From the NCBI GenBank assembly GCA_047495785.1, contig JBLDXI010000042.1, forward strand, positions 1,798,001-1,862,000: a DNA stretch of 64,000 nucleotides, in the 5' to 3' direction. A model generated the notes under the pieces. It was not told where the DNA came from and searched no databases. It saw nothing but the letters and a program-made list of their open reading frames with translations. Below are positions 47,101 to 59,441 of this stretch, one piece after another. Both the position numbers and the translations under genes were made by a program. Origin of the DNA: Lepidodermella squamata (Eukaryota > Animalia > Gastrotricha). Position 1 is the stretch's first letter, and each line of letters begins with the position of its first letter.

Positions 47101-50100
47101 GCAGATAAATACGGCCTGAAAATCGAACAAAATATAAGAATTATCCAGATTCAATGATCGAACTGCTCACGCAAGGCGTCGTTGTTGTGGTCGTGGTCGT
47201 GGTCGTAGTCGTGGTTGTTGTTGTAGTCGTTGTAGTCGTTGTCGGCCTCAATTCATACAACTTCTCAGAAACCCTCGCCAAGGCATTGCTCTGCGCGAGA
47301 GCCATCGCTGTAACACCATCTACATTCGCATGATCGATATCAGCCTTCCGATCGATTAGTAACAAAGCTATGTCCTCCTGTTTCGCTTTCAACGCCTCAA
47401 ACAAAGCATTGCTACCCTTGAAGGACGTCGCGTTCACATCGGCGTAGTTATCGAGCAGTAACTGGACCAATTCGAGACGGCCCTTGCTTGAGGCTGTCAT
47501 CAAAGCCGGCCAACCCTCGCGATCTTCCCTCGAATCAACAGCTGCGCCTCGGTCGAGCAAAAGCTTCAGAACTTGGGGGTCAGGATGGCCGACAGCAATC
47601 TCAAGAGGCGACGAGCCGTACTCTCCCTCCTTTGCGTTGACATTAGCTCGGTTCGGGTTAACCAGCAGTTCGATGAGGGCATACGGTGCATAGTGAACCA
47701 GAGCGATATGAAGAGCTGTGCCATTTTTGACAGGCCAGGGGCCTAGGGTCCGTTCGTCTCGCCAGTTCGCGTCCAGGTAACCGAGACCGAGAAGTTCTCG
47801 CGCCTTATCAACATTGCCGTTTATGCATGCCTCGATCAACATCCGCTGTTCGGCGATCCAATCCTTGAGGAAATAAGAAAGTTAAGATTGAACATCGGAT
47901 TGGCCTTCAAATGAATGCAATTTACCTTTCTCGCGCATTCTCCGATTTTTGGTTTCCAACTCGAATCGGCTTGGCAAATCGATGCCATGGCTCCATCTTT
48001 AACCTCGAATCCTGGTTTACATTTCGTTATTACCGCTTGTCCCGGGGCCATCTCAACTCCAACCGATAGTACAGTTTTCTCGGTTGCATCCAAGACGAAG
48101 CCATTCTCTAACGATGGAACACTGCAAAGACCTGAAATCGCAAAGAAATTGAGTTTAAAATGTCTTTAACGCCCCGCTGGCGACCTTTTTGCTTGCAAAC
48201 GCCAGGAATGGACCAGGAACTGTTCTTCAAGCAAACCATCAAGCCAGAACCAACTAATTCGTAGCCTTCCAAGCAAGTCAATACAGCAACTGCTCCGGGG
48301 TTGAAGATGTTATCTTCGGTATGGACTGAGATATTTCCGTTGGCGACTTGGGGAGGGTCGTCACATTGCGGAACATCTGTTTGAAAAGTTGGAAATTAAT
48401 CAATACAGAATTTCCGGAAATTCCTACCAATTCCTTGGCAGTACCCAGGCTCGCTCCAAGTTCCATCGTCGTAGCAAGTGAAACTATTTGCCCCAACCAA
48501 TGAGTACCCATCCATGCACTCGAAAGTAAAAACAGTCCCGGGAGCAACAATTGCCGGGTCGCCAAACTCTGTCCTGACGGATGAGATTGATGGGAAAGGT
48601 GGGGAACAGCCTAAAAAAGTCATGTAAAAACGAAATAAATGCAGCATGAATATTGCTTCCAACCTTTAGCGCAATAAGCATCCATGGCCCAAACGCCACC
48701 GTTAAAATCGACAGTTTCCGATCCGATCAAAAAGTAGCCTTTATCACAGATGATTCGCCCAGTCGCACTTTTGCAAGCACTAGCTGCTTCCTGGAATTCT
48801 ATTTTCCCGTTGGCCATCCCCTTGGGCCTATCGACGAGGGCTAAAATATGAGCATTAGCGTGGAATAATCAGAAGAATTTGAAAAATTACCTTGGATTGA
48901 TAAAGTGGGTGAAGCCCGCAATTCTGCGGCGCAAGATTGCATCGTTTCAACTTTGCATCGATCGAATTTCTCCAAAACTGCTACAACACGATTATAGCCG
49001 GCAGCTTCAGCCCAAATCATCGGTAAATTCCCATTCGAATTCCGATCGCAAGGAGCTTCGTACTTCTCGAGTAAAATTTCGACCAACTCCGGACATTTCC
49101 GTTCAATCGCTAGCCATAGCAGGGTATCGCCCTTCACATCTTTTTCGCTGAGCTTCATCGAAATTTCACTCTTTGTTAGCATCGATAGTAGTGTATCGAC
49201 AATTTTAACGCTTGCCTCGCTGCATCGAGCTGCCCGGTGCAAAACAGACCGGCCGCTTGGGTCCACCCAAGTTCCAGCTGTCCGATTTATCTTGACAATT
49301 TCTTCGATTCCCTCGACGAATTCGACTTCGATGGCAATAGAAATCGGGGTCTCCTTATCTTTATTCGCTTGGAACAATTGCCCGATTGATTCTTTACCAG
49401 ACAGCGCCGTTTTAACCAAATCGAGTTGCTTGAAACGAAGAGACGCGTGGAGAAGCCTGTCGTCACTTTTGCAGTCGATTCGAGAATCGAAGAGAATTTT
49501 CTCAGTTTCGAGGAGAAATTTAGTGATGTCGTTACGGCCGAGTTCGATTGCCAACAAAAGCGGTGATTTTCCGAATTTATCGCAGCTCAGCAAGTCGATG
49601 CTGTTCTTCACTTTCTCCAGGACTTTCAGATAATTCGATTTTACGGCGAGATGAGCGATCGACTGTCGATAGCTGTTTACTTGAAATTTCTCTGCACCTC
49701 CTTTCATCAAATATTCGATGAACTCGATTGGTTTCCGCTGGTCGACAGCTACCAAGAGCGGGGTCATCTTCATCGGGAATTCATTGTCTTCAGTCAGCTG
49801 ATTTTCGTAATTGAATGCGCCTGGGTAGTCGCTTTTGTGTTTCTCAAAGGCTTTTATACTTACAGCGAGATGAATTCGTGAATAGCCGTAGAAATCAATC
49901 GCATCTTTCCTAGCTTGGTAACGGTTGCTAAGGATATCAGCGAATGACTCGGCGTCGTTAGCAACGGCGACCAGATAAGGAGTTCTGCCTGTAGAATCGC
50001 GTTCCTCCATTAACAGAGGGATTTTATCAGCAAAAGTTAATAGGATTTCATCCGTGGATGTTGCATCGAGAAGATGAGCATCGGCATCAGACAATTTCGC

Positions 50101-51459
50101 CATGGTATGCAGAACATTTTCCTTAGTCGAAACCTTTGGAAAGAGAATGAGGAATGTTGGAGGCTAATCATTTCGCAGCGTTCCACTAGCTACTAGCTTA
50201 TGTGGCATAAATTCTGGAAAATACTATAAAAAAGCTATAATTTCAGGACAATATTACGAAGGCCCGAGATCAACAAATTTCAAATTTTTCGAAATCTCTC
50301 TAAAGAGAAACTGTTTCGAATGAATTTTTATTTTTATTGATTTTTTTAATTTCCGAAGAAAAGTTTCTCAACATTTTATGACATTACACATTCAAATATT
50401 ATCATGTAAATTTAATAAAAAAATAGATAAATTCCTAGAAAAGTAGTTAAAATTTCCTAAATGTTGTCCAACCTGAGGCGCTACTTGAACTGAAACATCG
50501 AGTCCAGTTTCGCTGTAGTAACGAACCAAATCAGCTCTGCGAAGAAAAGCAGCGAGAAACAGCAAAGATCCAGTGCCCTTCGGCGAAATCCCATCAGCGA
50601 TCAGTCGGCACTTGAGAGAGGCTAACCAAGTGGCTGAAGGTGCAACCTTGTCCATAGCTTTCTTAACAAACTCCAAATGGCCGTTACGAGTTGCGTAACA
50701 CAATGGCGTATCTCCTTGCGGATCGATAGCAAATATGTCAAACGACTTCAATCCAGCTGGAGAGTCGAGAAATTCAAACTTGTTCGCAGCAGCTAACAAG
50801 TGAGACTCAGTTACGCGTCCACTGCCTTTTCGATCATAGAGTCCTGGATCGCTCAAAATATTGACATTGCCAGTGCGATTCGACGCAGCTGCTATTCCTA
50901 TCGGTAGCTGGCCGTTTTTGTCGCGATGAAGTCGATTAGCCCCTCTCCCGAGCAGAAAATTGAGGATATCCTTGTAGTTAACAGATTTGGACATCGCAGC
51001 ATAGAATAACGGAGTTTGGCCAGCGTTTGTCTCAGCCTCCAATGAAAACCGCTTTTGCAGGCCTAATTCATCGCTTTTATTCAACAGATACTCCATAAGT
51101 TGAAGCTTCGATTGAAGGCAAGCCAAATGAATAGGTAACTCGCCTTTGCTGTTGCGAGCGGTCAGTTTCGCACCGGCTTCTTCAACGAGAAATTTTACGC
51201 TTATCACCGCGCCTTTAAACGCAGCCAAATGAAGCAGAGAGTCGTTGTTCGACGGGCTCTTGACATTAGCAAGGTCGTTCAGCCCGCCTGGTAACAATTT
51301 ACTCGCTTGTTCTTGCAGACGTTCAACTCGGTTGTACTGGACGTTGGTTACAAAGTTGTCGAAGGTGGTCATTTCTGGCTGATTCGCTCCACTGCATGGC
51401 TTCGGCAAGGATAATATCGTGTAAAATAGAAGCACCAAAAGGTGCAAATTGCTATACAT
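44190..51459 (-). CDS. Secreted ankyrin / CCP x4 / ankyrin / poly-Thr / LDLa x9 mosaic protein (long paralog)
   Basis: Signal peptide [25 protein letters not shown]. Ankyrin exons 51459-50473 and ~50132-48892, CCP exons ~48840-47925, ankyrin + poly-Thr ~47886-47171. Then small exons 47114-44190 give nine LDLa repeats (e.g. [33 protein letters not shown]). No TM segment. Confidence 0.88.
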
Positions 51460-52158
51460 GAAAGTACTTTTGCCTACGGGAAAGAAAAACAGCATTTTAC
51501 AAAAATCGATTACAAAATTATCTCAAAGTTCAAATCCAGAAATTGCATGTCTAAATAGGCGAGCTAAATGTATCAGATATGAGATTCGTGAACTTTGAAA
51601 TATCAGGGATCAGAGATTCCAGAATTCAAAAATCCGTGAAAATCAGCAGCTTATCATCGTAAATTAATGGGAAACGCGGTAATGGAAATTCAGGTTTTTC
51701 CCTGTAGAAGAGTAGCTTCGGTGGGTAACAATAATTAGTTTGGCCTTCAAGTTTGAGATTCAATGATTTGAATTGCTTGACATTAATCTTAGTCCTGTTT
51801 ACCTAATTAATGACTGAATCGAGTGTATTTGCCCCATGTTTACATAACGCAAACACGTGTGCTCTCCCTCAGTTACGATGTACCATTTCTTCGAGAGCGT
51901 TCAGTGGCAACAAATTGCTTCCTTTGTTTACTTATTGAAGACATTGCACTTTGCTATTTTACTCGTTTCGTTCATTTAAATCATCAGGACTTCATATGAC
52001 ATCCATGTCGCAAAGCTTATCGAAATTTGAAATGAAATAGCTCTATTTCTGGGAGTTTTCAAAACAGGAATGTTATCAGCTGCCCCCAGCTTATCAACTA
52101 TCATAGACTCATGTAGAAGGGAATTCCTAATTTTTTTCATTTTTACACGCTAAGCAAC

Positions 52159-53638
52159 ATGGCAGGAAAAGATAACTCCTTAGTGCTGTTCAACTCGAAA
52201 AGCGATTTCACCATCATCAGAACAGTAGGCCGCGGCGGCTTTGGCTCCGCTTTCCTAGCCAAACACAGCAAGGACCGATATTCCGAGTATGTCCTAAAAG
52301 AAGTGAACCTCACCGTGCTTCGAAGTCAACTTGCGCGAGCCCAGACAAGCGAGAAGCGCCAGCTTAAAATGCTTGAACTAGCGCGGAAAGAGCACAAAGC
52401 CCTGCGGCAGTTCGTCCACCCTAACATTGTTACCGTCTACGGCAATTTCGAGCAGAGAATTGGCGAAGAAGATTTCTATTTTCTCGTCATGGAGTTCTGT
52501 GATGGGGGCGATTTGAGCTCGCTGATTCAGAAAAACGAGACCAACCGAACGCAAATCGATGAGACCCAAATTGTTTCCTGGCTTGGGCAGTTGATCGGCG
52601 CAATTTTGTACCTCCACCAGGGTGGCCACGTGCACCGAGATATCAAGCCGAAAAATATTTTCCTTACTAAGGACTTGAAAAAAGTCAAGCTCGGGGATTT
52701 CGGTCTTGCGAAAAATATTGAAGAGTGAGTCATTTCGAGTTTTTACTCATTTCGGAAAGTTCCTATATTTAATAAGGACTGCGCTGCCCCAATCATCCAT
52801 TACAAATGCTTGTACGTTGGTTTATGCGGCCCCAGAATTTCACAATGGTGAGGCCTACAGCAAGCCATGCGATATTTGGTCTTTAGGCGTCACAGCTTAC
52901 GAATTGGCAATTTTCTGTAGACCTGTAAGTTAGGTTTTTAGGTCCCGACAATACAAAAATTATGAACATTGCAGTTTGGATGTGGAGCCAGGGAGATTCT
53001 TGCAATAATACAGTAATATTTTGAAAATTTCTGATTTTTGTGTTCATATTATCGGTTAAAGGGACGCTCCTAAGCCTTTTCCAGCTGAAAAGAAGTATTC
53101 CACCGCCTTTGAAAACTTTGTCATGTCTATGTTGGAGAAAAACGCAGTAAAACGGCCGATAATCGAAACACTCTTCAATGATCCGATTCTACAACATGAA
53201 ACGGAACAAATAATAGTTGTTGAGAAAAAGAGCGACGCCAAGAAATCGTCTGAAAATGCTAGCAAGGTTCTTGAAGCTTCAATGGTACATTTCATCACTG
53301 TTTTTCCGTCCTTAAAGCCGAAATCTTATTTTTTTCAGGATTTTTCGAAGATCAATCAGTCGGCGGTTATACCTGAAGAATATCGTAGTAAAATCGTAAA
53401 AGTGCTACAGAAGAACCTAGTTTCAACCGATGAGCTGGTCAAATATTCGGATGACCAGCTGAAGGAGCTTTTTCCGATAATAGGCATTCGCAACGTTGTG
53501 CTGCGCTGGCGGAATCACGAAAATGGAGAAGTATCGCAAGGTGACCGCAAATCAAAGTCTGGATCAAAAGCATCATCATCATCATCATCAAAAGCCAAAC
53601 CTGAGGACGATTTGACGGAATTAACCCCTAACAGATAG
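52159..53638 (+). CDS. NEK-like Ser/Thr kinase with a C-terminal SAM-like domain
   Basis: GRGGFG, YVLKEV, HPNIV, MEFCDGGDL, HRDIKPKN, KLGDFG, YAAPE, YSKPCDIWSLG. The tail KNLVSTDELVKYSDDQLKELFPIIGIRNVVL is SAM-like. Confidence 0.85.
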
Positions 53639-54039
53639 TTGTAGGCCTATGTTGAGATGTATTTTTGGAAATAAAAATAGCTCAGAAACGTTAAGGTTTT
53701 GCGCCATTTCAATTGCTGCTCCAATCGATCTGTTCATTGAAGTCCCAAATTTCAATTTTTTATTTTGATGCTTTCAATTTCTGACAAATGTCCTAGTTTA
53801 CGGAACATTCTTTGGTTGTGGTGGTACCAAGTATCACGGGTGCATTTTTGCCGCTTTTGTTATCCTTCGCTAAAAATAGCTCGTTTCATATATCAGCGAA
53901 ACTGAAAAATTCCAAGAAAGAGGGTCTCGCTTTTTTCGAGCAAATACAGATAAAAACGGTAGCGGCCGTTAGCTAGATAAGTTTCGCTAAATTCATTTTT
54001 TGCCAACGTCCGAAATTCAAGTGCATACGGAAAAAAAGC

Positions 54040-56989
54040 ATGGCATCGACGCGTTTCCAATCCCGCGGCGAATTCGAAGTGCTCCGAGAACTGGGCAGTG
54101 GTGGTTTCGGCAATGTCAGCCTAGTGAAGCACCGAAACGATCTATACACAAGCTATGTCATGAAAGAAGTTAACCTTACAGCTTTGCGCAAGAATTACGA
54201 CCATGAAGGGCTAAGTGAACGCAAAATCGCTCGCCTTCTCGAGCTGAGCCGCAGTGAGCACGAAAAAATGCGCAATTTCGTACATCCCAACATTTTACTG
54301 GTCTACGGATTTTTTGAAGGTTAGCTAAGTAATTCAGATCAATTTTAGATCAATATGATTGCAATTGATCCAAGTTTGATCCATTATTGATTCTTTGACG
54401 ATATAAAAGTGAATTTGATCTTGACTGTTGATCAAAATTGAACTATTTCAAAAGCGACTGATCCCGATTTGATCTAATTGTTGATTTTATTAACAAATCA
54501 ATTGAAAGTTATGCTGAGGTTTGATCATAATTTGGTTTGTTGTGACTACAGAGAAAATTGCTGGGGAAGACTTCTACTTTTTGATTACCGAGTATTGCGA
54601 GGGCGGCGATTTGGGTGCACTGATTGATAAATCGAAGAGAAGCCCCTTTCCTGAATCGCGAGTTCTGCGCTGGACCGGTCAATTGGTGAGCGCAATCAGT
54701 TACCTGCACAGTGCTGGTAATGTTCACCGTGACATCAAGCCGAGAAATATCCTCATGTCTGGCGATCAGACCAATATCAAGCTGGGCGATTTTGGCTTAT
54801 CGAAAAGTCTGGAGAGCGAGTAAAATTTAAATTTTAAATTTTAAAATTAATGTCATGAATTTGTTTTCGAAATTTCAGAAAGACCTCGATAACTACGGCG
54901 GGAACTTGGGCCTATTCTTCCCCAGAGTTTCACCTCGGGAAGCCTTACGAAAAACCATCCGATATTTGGTCAGTGGGTATCACATTGTACGAAATCGCCA
55001 ACGCGAAAATTCCCGTAGGTCATTCATTATTGATCAACTTGAATTTAAACTTTGAAACACAGTATGAAGGCACTAAGGGGCTGTTAATAACTAACATCAT
55101 CAATAAAGCGCCTTTGCCATTTGACGAATCCCGAGGCTACTCACCAGGCTTCAGTAAATTCGTAATGTCGATACTCGTCAAAGACCCGAAAAAGCGGCCA
55201 ACGATTGAGGATTTGATGGAAAGCCCGATTTTAGCCGGGGAACGATTGGTTACTCAGCCCTCTGCATCGCAGGCGAGGAGTTCTAGCAGTTCAAAGCCAG
55301 TTACTAACAAATCGAAGCCAACAACACAGTCCAATTCAACGGTGACACGATTTGTTAGTTCTGGCTACAAATTTTCAGATTTGCTAAGGTTTTCGCCTAT
55401 TTTAGGACGATTCGCAGTATGAGATGATTCTCCGGTCTCCCGATATCCCAGATCAGTACAAACAGCCGATCTGCGAAATTCTGCAAGGTAACGCGAAGTT
55501 CTTCTTGCTTAATCTCACTGAAATTTCGCGAATTATCAGAGGCATACGTGACGCCAGAGGAGCTTCTTGGCTACGATTTGGAGCAAATCAAGGAGGTTTT
55601 TCCGGCTGTCGGCTTGCGAAACGTAATCTTGAGATGGCGAGATGCGAACAATGGCAATGCAGTGTCCTCCTCGTCCCAAAAGTCAGCTGGTTCACGCAGA
55701 TCGGAGGCGAGTGTTTCGAAACATTCCGAGGAGGAAGTTGAAAAACAAAGGTCCAGTGTTCTCGCCCAGGCTGCACCGGCTTCAGTATCCCAAATTGACA
55801 CGTCTCAAGCTGATGCTGTGAAAAGAATCGCTCGGGAGGAAGCAAAGGGCATTGTCAGACAATTGGTGAGTAAGCTCGAGTTGCCCAAGCAATTTGTTTA
55901 ATTTGCGTTTTCAGACCACAAATTACTGGAAGCGCATCCATCAATTTGCGAAAAGCGGCAATTTCATGGGAATAAAGCAGATAATTTACGAAATTCAGCA
56001 ACGCCTTCCGTATGAAGTTCGCGACGAGATAGAACCCTTCAAGAGTCTTTTCGAGCATCAAAATGAGAATGAACTGTACAGTACGCCGTTGCATGACGCG
56101 AGTTGGAACGGCCACATGTCGGTTGTTGAGTTTCTGATCAATATTATCAACGTAAACTTGTACAGCCGCACGAACGATGACACCCGGTCGATGGCTATAC
56201 ATCTCGCGGCTCAGCAGGGCCATGAGAGCGTTGTTATGGCAATGGTCAGCAAAGACCGTGACTTGCTGGAGGCTAGGAATGAGAACGGAGATGCAGCGAT
56301 CCACTTAGCAGCTGCTAATGGCCAAATTTCAGTTAGTCCTTTCTAACAATGTACGAAGTCCTGGGGTGACGGGGGTACCGTACCTCCAGCTTAAGAGACC
56401 CGCGTAAGAAAACGCGAAAAAACCCCGGGGACCCGTAAATCCGAGAATTCGAGGTCGAAAATGCCTGAAAGTAACGCTTAGCTCGAGCTAACTTCTCAGT
56501 TTCCCAAAAACTTTCTCCTGGTTTTTATATGGAAGGATAAAGCTTAAGTCCCGAATATTTGTATAGCCCTGATCTTTTTTTTAAATTCAAATAATCTGAA
56601 ATCTAATTTTTTTATAGGTTGCATTTGAGTTGATCAAACTGGACAAGGGACAGTTAAACTTGAAAGGCTTCAACGGTCGAACTCCTTTGCACTCAGCTGC
56701 CCACGCTGGAATGATAAAAACCACCGAGTTTCTGTGCAAAGTTGGGGCGGATTTGTTAGCTGTCGATGGGACTAGTAGCAAATCTCTACCAATTCACTTA
56801 GCTGCGGCAGGGAACAAAGCTGACGTCGTGATTTTGTTCTACAGCCTGGACAATAAACTTCTGAAGGCGAAAGACGCCAAGGGCCGGACGCCACTTGATT
56901 TAGCAAAGGCGAATAAGGCGCAATGGGTTATTGATAACATCAAGAATGTAAAAGGTGGAGGAATCCTGGCCCAACTCATCGGCAAGTAA
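54040..56989 (+). CDS. NEK-like kinase - SAM-like - ankyrin repeat protein
   Basis: GSGGFG, YVMKEV, HRDIKPRN, KLGDFG, GTWAYSSPE, DIWSVG; SAM-like TPEELLGYDLEQIKEVFPAVGLRNVIL; ankyrin repeats STPLHDAS, AIHLAAQQGH, GRTPLHSAA, GRTPLDLA. Joined by GT-AG introns. Confidence 0.82.
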
Positions 56990-57193
56990 CTAAATCTAAT
57001 CACGGTTGAAATAAATGACGCGCACAGAGAAAAGAAGTTGTTAACTGACTTATATAAGTAGCTTAATTGTGAAACTGCGTATTTTGATCCAATTTAAAAA
57101 GTGATGGCGATGTGTTGACAATTTCTTCAATTTTTAATAAAATCGTAGCTTGTGTTTATCGGAAAATCCTTCAGTTCGGTAACTCGTTACGTA

Positions 57194-57296
57194 CCGTAAA
57201 TTCCAAAATACAAGCCCAGGCGGCACTACAAAGACCATGAAAGTGCCGACAAAGAGGTCTAAGCTTGAGGCCGCCTGAGAATTTCGGAAACTACGG
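57194..57296. mobile_element. Short hairpin MITE, copy of 30697-30792
   Basis: TA-CCGTA...TACGG-TA ends. Internal caagcccaggcggcact is shared in inverted orientation. Confidence 0.7.
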
Positions 57297-57595
57297 TATA
57301 ATGTCAAACCACCAGAAAACGTGTGCCAGTGCGCGAAGTACTACCGGGGAATGCATCGTTTACAAAGCTCAACCTGTTCCATATTGGTCAAAGGAAAAAT
57401 ACCCTGTATTCCCGTTGTAGATTAAAATTTTATTAGTGGAATCGCCGAATAAAAAGGGAAGAGGATCGCATTTCAAACTAAGGCATAATGATAATTGATA
57501 AAAATTCCCGCAAATCGCAAATTGAGGGACGTATTAACAGAAATCAAACACCGCAGGAGATAGAAGCAAGCGTGGCATTCGAATCCAAGCAATGT

Positions 57596-59154
57596 TCAAA
57601 TTTCGTCAACTTCGCTAATAGGATTATCCTTCTTATCCTTCTCTAAATTGCTGCCCTTGAACCCGGGTACGCTCCTGAACTCGGTTATCGTCTCTTGATA
57701 ATCAATGACACGAGCGATGAGTCTTATGTCGAAGCTCCACAGTTCGAATGTGTAAACGCGATAGTCCAAATCGGGTGCGACCTGCTGAACAAGTTCCTGC
57801 ACAACTTGTCCCTCTTCGATATTGCCTCCGAAGCATTGGTACCAGCAGCTTTGCTTGCGTTTCTCTTGCTCCCTTTGCAATCTAGCCTCTTCCTCACGAC
57901 GCATCGCTTCATTTTGCTGAAAAGATGAAAATCAACGAAATTTTCGTTAATAAAAGAAATTCTAATAATGTTTTACCTGTGCTATGGCGATAGCATTGCC
58001 TGAAGGTGGCGTGTCTTGCTGAAATTGGTAGATGATAGGCCCAGTGCCATCATTTACGACAGTGATATTCGCCGATATGCCAATTTGTAACCAGTCGCGC
58101 CATTTGCGAGCTTCAACAGTTAAACTGCGCAGGGTGCGCTGGATGCAGTCGAAAAAGTTGGTTATCACCAGAACCGCGTGTACACTAGTGACCTTCGCAT
58201 TTTTCCCAGTGCTCAGTTCTTTAAAGCGGAGAGGACATTTAGCTGCTATGCTCAGCTCTAGTGCGTGCGTCAAAAGAGCCAAACCCTGGAAAAGACACGA
58301 AAAAATGCATACATGTACGTATATGAAGTTGGATCCTCGATAGGGAGGGGTGAGAGGTCCACGGTCCAATCAAGAAAACTCCAGAAAATGGCCGAAAGTA
58401 CTTAAGGAACCCCCAGCAGCTGGAGGATTCTACTTCCTACACTGATCCACTGATCCTTGTGCTAGGGGGTATTTTCGGGCAATATCGGCCCTGATTTTCC
58501 GTTTGGATTTCTTGCTTGGGTCTCTTGGGGGAACTTGGGGTACGATACCATTCCCACTGATGCGAATACTAAGTAAGATTTTAAAAAGCTTACCGCTCTG
58601 AAAGTTGCGATTGTCTTGTCCACCTCTTTGTGCGTCATTCGCTCGGTCATAATCTCATCGAAAACTTTCGTTGCATCGGCAACAGCACGCTGCCATGATT
58701 CAAACGCGGCCCGCCGAACGTCTTCCTGCATCGTTAGGGAGCACTTGAAAAAGGAATCTTCCAGCTTAACCCGCGCCCCCAAAATTTCGCGTTGGTACCT
58801 GTCGTACATCAACTGGTTGTAGCGTTGGTTCTGCTCGATTTGCGTCGTCAGCAGCATGTTATTGAACGACGGAGCGAACGCAGGCACTACTCCACCTGCT
58901 GATGGCGGAAACATCATCCCGGCACTGGTGTAGTTCGGCGGGATTGACGGCCCAGATGCGTTGTTGAAATTGTTAGGCCCAATAACCGGGTAAGCTGGCA
59001 TGGCACTAGCCGGGGTGTATTGGATGGCTGGGTTCGGGGCACTCGGTAGTAAACCTGATGGGAAAACGGAGGGCCGTTGGGCAGCGCTGCTGGCCCTCGC
59101 GACGCCCGGGCGGGAGGTTGTTACCTCCCCAATTGACGAGCTAGAATTAGCCAT
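57596..59154 (-). CDS. Orphan protein: Pro/Ser-rich N-terminus, helical/coiled segments, no recognised domain
   Basis: Three open exons (59154-~58594, ~58285-57977, ~57917-57596) with GT-AG boundaries. A decayed paralog at 42560-43118 supports coding ancestry. Confidence 0.7.
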
Positions 59155-59441
59155 GGTGAACGAACTTCGGGATTAAAATATCAATGACTGAATCTCATAA
59201 CAAGTAGCGGTAAGATAAGACGCGCCTCGACTTCACGGAAACGTGTCCTATTTTCAGGCCCAGGCTATCGCTGAAAGACAACAAAATTACCACCCACGTT
59301 ACACCGGCTACCGCATTTTTTTCCTGTGAACTGTAAATTTATCTTTTATTCCTGGAAAATGATATGGTCCTTTTGCATTTTGCACCGGCTCGTTTTTGTC
59401 GTCTTTTCCGCTCGGTTTATCGCGAGAGTCAATGTACCGTT

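Noticed and set aside
54330-54500. TTGATC-rich stretch
   Set aside because: Low-complexity intronic repeat in kinase 2 with no evidence of function.
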